DNA from: Stylophora pistillata
Lineage: Eukaryota
Length of the DNA: 64,000 nt
Direction: 5' to 3'
NCBI RefSeq assembly: GCF_002571385.2
Contig: NW_019217822.1
Coordinates: 1,001,297-1,065,296, forward strand
In this document: in pieces, positions 26,115 through 36,600 of the stretch
Layout of the letters: the number at the start of each line of letters is the position of its first letter
How positions within the stretch are numbered: the first letter of the stretch is position 1
Made by a program: the position numbers and the translations under genes
The notes under the pieces: model-generated
Database searches by the model: none
The model's input: the letters and a program-made list of their open reading frames with translations, nothing else
What the model was told of the DNA's origin: nothing

Positions 26115-27790
26115 CGTTTTGCCAGTTTGGCCACCAGTGGCAGATTTGCCAGTTTGGCCACCAGTGGTAGATTTGCCAGTTTGGCTACTAGTGGCAGATT
26201 TGCCATTTAGGCCACTAGTGGCAAATTTGCCATTTTGGCCATTACTGCCCCATTTGCCATTTTAGCCACAATTGGCGCATTTGCCATTCTGGTCACTAGT
26301 GGCCGATTTTCCATTTTGGCCACTAATTGCCGATGCAAAATTTTGGCCACTAGTGGCCAATTTCCTATTTTGGCTACATATGGCTGATCTGCTATTCTGG
26401 CCACTAGTGGCCGACTTTCCATTTTTGCCACTGTGTGTCCGATCTGCGTTTTGGCCACTGGTGACTGATTTGCGTTTTGGCCACTCATGAGTGGTCGATG
26501 TGCCATTTTGGTCATGTACCATTTTGGCCACAAGTAGCAAATTCGCCATTTTAGCCACTAGTAACCGAATGTCATTTTAGGCACCGCTAGCCGATCTGAT
26601 TTTTGGCCACTAGTGGCCGATTTTCCATTTGGGCCACAAATGGCCGATTTGCCATTTTAGCCACTAAGGGCAGATTCGCCATTTTGGCCACCAGTGAACG
26701 ATTTGCCATATATTATTGGTCATCAGTGGCAGATTTAAAATTTTGGCCACTGGTGGCAGATTTCCCACTGTGGCCTCTTGGGGACAATTTACCACTTTCG
26801 CCACTAGTGGCCGATGTGCCATTTTGGCCACTCGTGGCCGAGTTTCCATTAATATTTGGGCCATTAATGGCATCTTTGCCTTTTTGGCCACTAAGGGCAG
26901 ATTCACCATTTTAACCACTAGTGACCGATTTGGTTATATATTATTAGCCATTAGTGGCGGGTTTGAAAGTTGCCACTTTGACAATTTGCCACTTTGGCCA
27001 CTAGTGGCCGATGTGCCATTTTGGCCACTAGTGACCAATGTGCCCTTTTAGCCACTAGTGGCAGATTTCCAATTTTGGCCACTAGTGGTATATTTGTCAT
27101 TTTGGCCAGTACTGGCCGATTTTCCAATTTGGCGAGTAGTAGCCGATTTGCCATTTTGGCCACCAGTGGCCGATACGCCAGTTTGGCCATTAGTGACAGA
27201 TTTCGATTTGGCCCACTGGTGGCAGATTCGTCATATTGGCCACTAGTGGCCAAAGTCTCACTTTGGCCGCTATTCCCCGATTTGCGATTTTCGCCACAAG
27301 TGGCCAATTTGCCACCTTGGCCACATGTGGCCGACTTGCGATTTTGGCCACAAGTTGCAGATTTGCCATGTTGGCCACTAATAGCAGATTTGATATTTTG
27401 GCCACTAGTTTGGACGATTTGCCATTTTTGGCCACTAGTGGCACATTGCAATTTTGACCACTAGTAGCCGATATGTTATATTGGCCACTAATATTAAATT
27501 TGCAAATTTGGCCACTAGTGGCAGATTTGCCATTTTGTCCACTAGTGGCAGATTTGCCATTTTTTCCACCAGTGGCAGATTTGAGATCTTGTCCAGTAGT
27601 GGAAGATTTTCCATTTTGTCCAGTAGTAGCAGATTTGCCATTTTGTCCAGTAGTGGCAGATTTTCCATTTTGTTTGTTAGTGGCAAACTTGCTAATTTAT
27701 GCAGTAGTGACAGATTTGCCATTTTTTTTCACTAGTGGAAGATTTGCGATTTGCCAACTTGGCAGTAGTGGACGATATGCCATTTAGGCT
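26115..27790. repeat. 27-bp tandem satellite, main block (about 60 diverged copies)
   Basis: Consensus GCCACTAGTGGCAGATTTGCCATTTTG with internal palindrome GGCCACTAGTGGCC. It produces the 9-aa periodic ORFs (WPLVADLPF, ILATSGRFA) in the track. Confidence 0.95.
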
Positions 27791-27794
27791 ACTA

Positions 27795-28205
27795 TAGTGT
27801 TTTCGTGAAATTAGCAGCCTCCACGAGAAGTCGTTTGCTCAAGTTTTCTTTATTTAAAATATATTCTTTTTACCGGAAAAAATCTTAAACGAAATGAATA
27901 AGTACTGATACCTGAAATTAACCGGAAAGAATTGTCTCAAGGAGAAAGTCAAAAAAGTAAACAAGTGAGCTAAATAATTAAACTCAACCCGGATTTACTT
28001 AATAAGGCGGAGTCCGTTCGATTCGCTACCAATACCTTTTTTAGTACCTCAACATAATATAGAAGACTATCCCATTGAATGCATAATTAGTTGATTATAT
28101 ATGTGTTGGCTCTTAAGAGATAAAAAAAATAAAAAATGAAAAAAAAGAGAATAAAACGTGAGCAAATGACTTGTCGTGGAGGTTGTTGATTTCACGAAAA
28201 CAATA
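27795..28205. mobile_element. MITE with about 55-bp imperfect TIRs at the end of the main satellite block
   Basis: Left TAGTGTTTTCGTGAAATTAGCAGCCTCCACGAGAAGTCGTTTGCTCA pairs with right TGAGCAAATGACTTGTCGTGGAGGTTGTTGATTTCACGAAAACAATA. Flanks read GGCTACTA|...|TGGC, i.e. a split monomer palindrome. Confidence 0.8.
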
Positions 28206-28565
28206 TGGCGTCGGGTGTCGATCGATTTCTAAATTAATATAAAGTGTTCTGATCTTTGGCAAGTTAAAAATGATAAAGCTAAGCGACAACTCGTAAACAC
28301 AGATTTTTTTATACTGTTTCGGCTATGTAGAAGTAGATTCATCAGAGTCAAGTTAGTAGAAGCGGACTTAGTATGAAAGCTAGTGTGAAAGTTGTTTGGT
28401 TGCGAATGGATCTTCGCCCTGATCGATCGCATCGTGAAATGATCGCTCAAGATATACTCTAAAGTGCTACAGAAATTTTCTTTAAAAAATCGTTTTGGCT
28501 TTTTACTAAGTTTCATTGATGTTTTCTGTTGATCATTTCCAGTGGTAGCGATCGGACTTCGTCAT

Positions 28566-28718
28566 GGTAACGATAAGACTGTAGTAGGTAGCGATGAGAC
28601 TGTGGTTGGTAGCGAGGAGACTGTGGTTGGTAGCGAGGAGACTGTGGTTGGTAGCGATGAGACTGTGGTTGGTAGCGATCAGACTGTGGTTGGTAGCGAT
28701 GAGACTGTGGTTGGTAGC
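28566..28718. repeat. 21-bp minisatellite (GAGACTGTGGTTGGTAGCGAT), about 7 copies
   Basis: Read directly; translates as repeated ETVVGSD/E. Confidence 0.9.
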
Positions 28719-28758
28719 CTGGTAGCGAAAGTACTTGGTAGCGACCGGACCGTAATTC

Positions 28759-29058
28759 GTGGCCGATGTGCCATTTTGGCCAGTAGTGGTTGATTTGCGA
28801 TTCTGGCTACTAGTGGCAGATTTGCCATTTTGGCCAGTAGTGGCCGATTTTCCACTTTGGCCACTAGTGGCCGATTTGCTATGTTGGCCACTAGTGGCAG
28901 ATTATAAAGTTTGGCCACTAGTGGCCAATTTGCCATTTTTGCCACAAGTGATCGATCTGCCATTTTGGCCACTACTAGCCGATTTTCCATTTTGGCCACT
29001 GGTGGTCGATGTGCCATTTTGGCTGGTAGTGGCCGATTTGTGATTTTTGCCACTGGTG
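28759..29058. repeat. 27-bp satellite, second block (about 11 copies)
   Basis: Same monomer as 26115-27790. Confidence 0.9.
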
Positions 29059-30047
29059 GGGGTGTGGACAAAACCTGGCCTAGGTCATGGCCTACCCTGT
29101 GGCCTACCCTATGGCCTACCCTGTGGCCTACCCTATGGCCTACCCTGTGGCCTACCCTGTGGCCTACCCTGTGGCCTACTCTGTGGCCTACCCTGTGTCC
29201 TACCCTGTGGCCTACCCTATGGCCTACCGGTGGTGAGATTTTTAAAAGGATAGCATTGCTGGAAACCTTTCAACGTTTTCCTGAGTACTGTCTTACCAAC
29301 GACTTTCTTCTGCTGTTTTGGCGGCCACATCCGATCAAAATTTTTTAACCTTCTGATAGAATAAGGAAATCGAGGAACAGAAGCCGGTTAAACGCAACTT
29401 TTGGGCAAACATCATCATATCAGCTCTCCTTTCAAATTAGTGCAATACTGGCCCTTTCTTTGGAAAAGCAAGTAAAGTTGCGAAATGTTTACGACGGCGA
29501 TGCGTGCGTGTCCCGGGGTGCTCGTTGCAAATTCAATACTCTACAGCACTTGAGGGCACTTGAAAAATTGGCTTGGCACGTAATTTTTGCGTTTTCTTAC
29601 CTGGATATGTATGCTCTCCAATATAACGCCGTTCATTACATTTTTACACCAGCACTCCACTATATGTTACCCCCAACTGACAGCCTGCATCATAAAGCCG
29701 CCGTTTTGTTTATCCTCTGCGACCACGCAATATTGGCCCCTCCTCTCCCCTCCCCCTTAACCTACCGTTATGGTTGAGTGCTGTGATATTTGCAGTGTTT
29801 CGTTCCCTCGGACGTTGAAAATCGTGTTAGCGACCTCTTAGTATACCTTTTTCAGAGACAGATAATGGTACACCAGCGTAATCGTTCGACTCTTACTGAA
29901 ATTATTTTTATGTTCTTAAAAATCTGACCACCGGTAGGCCATAGGGTGCGCCACAGGGTAGGCCACGGGGTAGGCCACGCCACAGGGTAGGCCACAGGGT
30001 AGGCCACAGGGTAGGCCATGGCCTGGGCCAGGTTTTGTCCACACCCC
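29059..30047. mobile_element. Foldback-type non-autonomous DNA transposon with internally repetitive TIRs
   Basis: GGGGTGTGGACAAAACCTGGCC ... GGCCAGGTTTTGTCCACACCCC. Each arm holds a 12-bp array (TGGCCTACCCTG, about 12 copies left, about 6-7 right). Flanked by CACTGGTG / CACTTGTG. Confidence 0.85.
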
Positions 30048-30180
30048 ACTTGTGGCCGATTTGCCATTTTGGCTAGTAGTGGCCGATTTTTCATTTTGGT
30101 CACTGTTGGCTGATTTTCGATTTTGGCCGCTGGTGGCCGATTTGCGATTTTGGCTTCTAGTGGCCGATTTTCCCTTTTGA
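30048..30180. repeat. 27-bp satellite, third block (about 5 copies)
   Basis: The monomer resumes immediately after the foldback element. Confidence 0.85.
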
Positions 30181-30478
30181 CTAATATTCCAAGTTTGTTC
30201 TGTTCGGCGGATGAACCAAGAGAAATTCAGCGAAAGTACGCATTCCTTTTCCTTTCAGGCTCTTTCAGTATGGAAATTTCGTTAGACACTGGTTGTAATT
30301 CTCTAATTGTGTGAATTAGAGCACAGAGCTTTTAAAAATATAGCTTTATTTATGAGGAACCGGACCCCAGGCGTTTATCCGACCTACATACGCGGTTTGC
30401 CCTGGGGCCTGTTGACAGTTTTTCAGAGAGAGTATATTTTGTGTAGGGTTACATGACAGATGTTTAGGCAGTGACATT

Positions 30479-31366
30479 ATGGCGGCTCTTTCGAGGTGTA
30501 CGGTGAGAAGCTTGAAGACAAAACGTTGCTTGATCTCGAGTTTAGGAGGTTCACATTTACCAAAACGCTCTCGAGAGGTTACGTTAGTGCTATCCCTGGG
30601 AAGGTGTGTGTCTCCTTTCTTCTACGATTGTTGATATTAGCGAAATGGGGCGATGATGCTGGATTATGTAATCACTGGGGTGTGTAGGACAAGATGCACA
30701 TTTCATTTCGTGTGTTCTTTAAATTCCGTCTCTGTTATATCTCGAAATTTTCTGGCCTCGTAGACCCTTCGTATTGAGTTTACGTGGCTTAATTATAGGC
30801 AATCCCCATTCTGGTAATTCTCATCTTAGGGAGATATCTTACATAGGCTTACTAGAAGCACGAGCCTAGATTAATTGTGACCGAAAATTTCTTAAATTTT
30901 GCCTGATGGTAGAAGTTTTGTTTGGGAAGATAATGTTTTATTTATAGCTAATACCCACCCCACTTCTGTTGTTATCTGGATATTTCCTTTAGGTCTGACT
31001 ATATTTCTCAAGTTTGTTGAATTTCTTTTTTGTACGACTTAACTTCTAACATGTTGTTTGGCGTTCTCTTGCAGCCTACAAGTGGCACAAAGGACATATT
31101 GTAGCCCCGTTAAGGAAACGTCTGAGGAAGATTTAAAAAACAGACCAATACGTTTTTCTACCTCGAGAGCACGGAGTATGACAGTTGGTCAAACGCTGGG
31201 AGAAAGAAAAAAGAGCACATCTATGGTCACGGTCTATGTGAGTCTCACAATCATGGTCATATTGACTTACATTATTTTCTTCTTGCCACCCAATAAACAA
31301 GATGAAGAAGCATTGGATATTCTAAATTCCAGCATGGTGGCAAATGAGCAGGACAAAGGACAATGA
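30479..31366 (+). CDS. UQCC4: UQCC4/CCSMST1 (C16orf91)-like small mitochondrial membrane protein, 138 aa, 2 exons
   Basis: Exons 30479-30603 and 31075-31366 join in phase (417 nt). Arg/Ser-rich N-terminus MAALSRCTVRSLKTKR looks like a mitochondrial presequence. Motif RPIRFSTSRARSMTVGQTLG followed by one TM helix and an acidic tail, as I recall for the CCSMST1 family. Confidence 0.7.
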
Positions 31367-31839
31367 TGTGGGAGGACACCTGTTTCAAAAAGTGTTCTTT
31401 TGGCTCTGGAAATATATATTTGGCATATAAATTCACTTTCTGAGAATTCCATTCCAATGTTTCTTTTTCAGATGGTCTGGAAAGGAAGTCATTATTAACC
31501 CTTACCAGACTTGAAATGTTGCTATGGATCATGTAAGCCAGCAGGACGTTTGAGAATTTATATAATTTGGAACAATAGACAAATTTGAAATTTGTTGTTT
31601 AAGGAAGAAGTTTTCTTGTCTCTCACAACTGATGTAATTAATACATTTTGTGGTTAGCCAGTGTTGAGGATTTAGTTTTACATTTGTGTGCCACTTCTAG
31701 GTGATGGTTGTCTGAATTTTCTCTATCTGTGTTGATCAGCTAAAGAAAGGCTTACTGAAAGAAACCAAACACACCTGAGTGGGCTGGATGGTTCAAGCTC
31801 AGATTTCATAGTGATTAAAAATGTGCTATCAAACCTGGT

Positions 31840-32050
31840 TTAACCCTGAAACTTCCAGAAGTGTTTAACATGTAACTTCTCCCCTTAATATCCTTACATT
31901 ATCCTACAGATAGGTTATGAGAATACTCACACTTATCAGGTAGAAGTTGTTTTCTTGATCTAACAACAAATTCTCGCAACTAATCTACAAGAAATGTGCA
32001 GTGGCTAGAGAGGAGAATGAAATATCAGATCTTGAGACTTGTAGGGTTAA
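31840..32050. mobile_element. TTAA-type (piggyBac-like) MITE
   Basis: TTAACCCT...AGGGTTAA termini, 211 bp. Related decayed copies at about 32370-32575, 34920-35088, 50350-50558, 56240-56437 and 61245-61320. Confidence 0.75.
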
Positions 32051-32369
32051 CTCACCAAGAAAATAATAATATTCCACTCCTAATTTAATAAAATAACAAA
32101 GCGGTATAGTTACTAAAGTTAAATTTTTACTGAAAGGACTTAAAACTTTGCATTCCCACTCTTGTAAAATTGTTAACAGTACATCAAATATGATTTTCTG
32201 ATGAACTGTAGACAATCCTATTTGAAACCCTAGGCTCTAATTTTGTCTTTTATAATTTGTTCTTCAGATGAATTTGAAAACATTGTTCTAGCATTGTTCT
32301 TTCAGTTATAAGATTGTTTTCCAGAACACAATTATGTATGCAGAACAGAAACATCTTAAAAGATATTAC

Positions 32370-32575
32370 TGAACCCTTTCGCTACCAGAAGCAATTAACT
32401 TATAACTTCTCCCAAAATTCTTAACATGTTAGCAATTAAACAGGTAAAGAGAATGCTCAAACTTATCGGGTAGAGGTTGTTGTCTTGATCTGACCTCAAA
32501 TTCCTGTAACTAATTTGCAAGGAAATGTGTAGCAGGTAGAGGGAAGAATTAACAAGCAGATTGTGGGAGGGTAAA
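32370..32575. mobile_element. Second, diverged TTAA-type MITE copy
   Basis: Collinear similarity to 31840-32050 (CCAGAAG...AACTTCTCCC...CTTATC-GGTAGA...TCTTGATCT...AACTAAT). Confidence 0.65.
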
Positions 32576-33514
32576 TTGAGGTGAAGATGTTACTGTAATT
32601 GATTGGATAACTTTTCCTTTTGCAAGCTAGGTTGAGTCAGAAAAAAGCGGAAGCAAATCAATAAGACACACAAAAAAAATGAGTGATTAAATGAAGAATG
32701 AACAAAGTTATTTGACGCATTAAGATGTCAGTGTTAAGCATGGCAGTTTATTTGGAGGCAACCTCCTAGATTTGGGTTATTTCACAAGGATTTACAACAG
32801 GAGCCAAAATGAAACTGATGGGTAGTGCTGGATTTTTACTGAATGCAGGGTCTGAATTAAAATGTGTAACGAGATTAGAATTTACTGCTAATAACAACAA
32901 TTGACTTTTTTGTACACAACTCAATTATGTATGAATATTTTAATCATCCTCTGATGACAGTGTGTGTTGCAATTTTGAATTACATGTTTAATGCTCAATT
33001 ATTATTGTTCATTTCCATAGAGGCTTTTGAGCTTTTCAAAGTTGTTCTGAACATATATTTTTTCAAGCTAGAACCATAGCAAACAATGGAGAGAAACTGG
33101 AAGATAGACCATGGCTTACAAACATTTTGATTTCAGATTTATTTATCCACATTTCTCAAAAAACGAAACTTGGATCTAAGATGAGATGTTTTATCAATGC
33201 TTGTTTAGGAAGTGTGGCGTGACAAAGATCGTAGAGGAGATCATATCGCACCTGGCGTTTAGAAATTTCCCCTTTTTTGGCGTTAGATATCTCTTAATTA
33301 GATCAAATCTTTTGAAAATAAATTTTCAATCGTCTTGGATAGATTTTCAACGTTTCTCATATATATGAAATATTGTTTTAACTGGATAATTTATTGATCG
33401 ATTTTTTGATTCGGAATTTTTCCTAATTAAGCTTGCGTATGCGTCGCTTTAGAACTTAGCACAGACAAAAGCCACGTAAACAGCGGGATGAATTTGTTTA
33501 CCTTGCGACAAAGC

Positions 33515-33570
33515 TGATTGGCTGAATATACTGACGTCACGGAAGTGTTCCATTTACGCGCCGCCATTTT
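33515..33570 (+). promoter_or_regulatory. Housekeeping-type promoter of SGSM3
   Basis: Within about 55 bp: inverted CCAAT (ATTGG 33517-33521), CRE TGACGTCA (33532-33539), ETS CGGAAGT (33540-33546), YY1-type GCCGCCATTTT (33560-33570). The ATG is 70 bp downstream. Confidence 0.7.
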
Positions 33571-33640
33571 GAACATGGTAGTATTTTGGTCGTGTGTGAG
33601 TTGTCACAACGCTGTCTTTTTTCGCGGTTTTACTTGAAAT

Positions 33641-36600
33641 ATGGAGTTGGCCAGGCAAGTTTTTAGTGGCAGCGATAGAAAATCGACCGAGGGATACAGC
33701 ATGTACAGTATAAAAGGTAGGTGGGCAAGACTTGTTTGTATTCGGTAACGGTCGTAGCTTCCTTCAAATTCCCAGCGATACCTTTGTTCACTCGATCATA
33801 TGGAGCGATAAATAAATAATGACTGAGCTTGGTGAAGATCAGAAGATCTTTCCAGGCGTGAAGTATGAATTTTACGAGGCTTATTGGATTAATGATATTA
33901 TGAAAAACACAGCAAAGGACTTAGAATATTAGAGTGCACAGGGGACTTTCATCCTTATTGACACTCGTTTGACAACTCACAAAGATTTAACCGGACATTC
34001 ACTGTCGCCAAACGCGCCGTCCGTAATTGTTCTGTTGTACTAGAGTACATTGTACTTTGCCAATAGTGGTTTTCCTCAAAGTTAGATTGTTCTGTTGTTC
34101 AACTAATTTGACTTTCACAACAAGGAAGGACATACATGCACGTACAACAGCACCGATATTTATCCCTTATTAAATTAGAACTCTATTAACTGAATGTTCC
34201 ATTACTGATTGAGAGCTTTTGTACATGAAGGAAGCAATCTGATATTTCACTCACCAATCGAATCATTAAAGGAAAAATATTGTTCAATTTTGCTAAAAAA
34301 AACCTCTACACACATTCTCAGCACAATTATCCAACTTTCAGAATCAGTAGATACCAGTTAACTTAGTTAACCATATAATTATTTGTTGAAAAGTCGCAAA
34401 TGTTTAAAAAGAACTATTCTGCTTCTCTAGTAACTTCTAATTGCCAATGTAAATGTAATATCACACATTCTTAAGCATTGCACTTGACTGCCCAAAATAT
34501 TGTGACTTGATATTGCCTTTCTTGCGGTATCTTTTTAGAATTTTGCTATAAGTTTAACTGCTGAATGGGTATACTAGATTTCTTTGGGTTTGATAATGTA
34601 TAAATTTTGCTGTGATCGTTTGTAAATTGTCAATGGAGCTGATACCAGTGCCTTGATAATTTTGCCAATAAGAATGTAGATTAAGTGGAAGCTACACCCA
34701 CCAAGGGCTGATGCGGTTTACACATGCAGCTGCAGTACAGCTGATAAAAATTATTTGGAATGTTTCTCTTTTATTAAAATATTTGTTATTGTAAAGTAAA
34801 GTGTATTACATGTTCAAAAATGTTAGTCAAAGCATTCCTAGTTTGTCTCTCTACAAATTTTGTCTTACTATGTCATAAGATACACAAGGCCCTTATACTT
34901 TAATTTGTTGGGAGATCTCTCAACTTATTATATCTCAGGATCAGTATGCAAGTTCCCTTTACTATTACCTATACATTTGCTGTGGTAATTATTAGGAGAA
35001 TTTGTCTAACAATCAAGATCTTCTTCAGAGGTGATACTGTTGGGAGAAATCAGATGCTCATCAACACTCTCATGGATTAAAGTGTTAAAGTTACAATTGA
35101 CTGCTACTTAGCCACTCTATAATTCATTCTCTTCCATGTTATTATTGATTAACCTGGTTTTCTCCTGTGTTTTGGCTTTGACTGCAGTACTGTGTTTTGT
35201 ACAGTTCTTTGTTTGCTGCTCTACAAATAACATGACATAAACGTAATGATGAAAACAAACATTTCCTGCTTTGAATATATGATCTCGACCATCATGGTGA
35301 TGTGCATTTTATTTTCTACTGCATGCTAATTCTTTCAGACCAACTGAAACAAAAAAGTAAGGCAAATTCCTTATAATATGACTCTCAATCTCAAGCTCTA
35401 TATATTCAATATTTTTCGTGATGGAAAAGTTAAGAAAAATCAGGTGTACAGATGTAAAAAACAACTTTGAGCACTTAGAACTTCTTAAAACTCTTTGGTC
35501 AGAGATTATCATCATTGCAGGTCAAGAGCAGATAAAATGAGGTGTTTTAATTCAATTCTGGTGTTAACAATTACTAAATTTATTAGTTCTTGAGGGAATC
35601 ACCAAAATTTATCTCAATTGATAATTTTTACATTAAGTAGCGCTGGAACTGGGTTTAATTTTATATACATGTATTACAGAATTTATTGTTTTGTTTTATA
35701 CCCTTAGGATCTTATTTCAAAGTAAATTTGTGTTTACTTTTTATACTTTTGTAAGTTGCAATGCTGAAGGATACATCTGTTGCTATGGATGAGAATCTTA
35801 ATATCATTTTCCTTGTGACTGGGTTTTTCTCCATGGCTCCTACAGACATTTCATTTCATTTGTGTACTGAGTTGTTGATCCTTGTAAATGCTAGTGTAAA
35901 TTGGATGAGTAGCAATTGTCCTAAAATGTTTTCCACCAAGTGTCTTATGGGTATGACTTTATTCTAGTCTTCCATCATATCATGTTATGATTAACATACT
36001 GTGAGTTTTAATTTATTCACAATAATTTTCCCTTGGCTTAAGCAGACAAATTCAAATGAAGCCTTACAGTGGCTTTTAATGCTCACTGAATCTTGTTTCT
36101 TCACATTGGCAAATCTACAAGATCTGAAAATCCTACTACTGTTGATTGGTATTTTTCATGTTACCCCTATTATTGCAACCATTCAACAAATGCTGTTTTA
36201 AGTATGATCTGCTTTACGATACAAATGCAGTGCTTGCTAAAAGACAACGTAAGTAGACATATACAAATCAGGATGAAGTTTTTATAATTTTATTTGAATT
36301 ACTGGTAACTATTTCATATTCTTGTTAATGATGAGTAATTGTTTTGAAATTTTCTTCTGCAAAAGTAGGAAAATAAATCAGAGACTGAGGTAGTGTTCTA
36401 TTGTTTTTGGTGATAATTAATATTCAAATGGTAGCTTAACTGAAAAATCCCTGATCTATCTATTTTGATAACTCATAAAGCTTAGGTCTACGAGAAGTAT
36501 TAAATATAATTTGTCTCAATTTAAAAGTGAATGAATATTCTAAAAAGATAGTGTTTGACTTTATATGTACATGCTGTCAAATCAGAAGATGCATAGGTTA

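Noticed and set aside
26115-27790. Similarity of the monomer TGGCCACTAGTGGCAG to the CTCF motif
   Set aside because: Spacing is one base short of the consensus, and CTCF is regarded as bilaterian-specific while this looks cnidarian.
26115-30180. CRISPR-like appearance of regularly spaced palindromic repeats
   Set aside because: There are no unique spacers and no cas genes, and the context is eukaryotic. It is a satellite.
26053-30314. Many overlapping ORFs with 9-, 7- and 4-aa periodicity (WPLVADLPF, ETVVGSD, WPTL)
   Set aside because: They are by-products of 27-, 21- and 12-bp tandem repeats. They are open on both strands, frameshifted, and mostly lack ATG starts or splice context.
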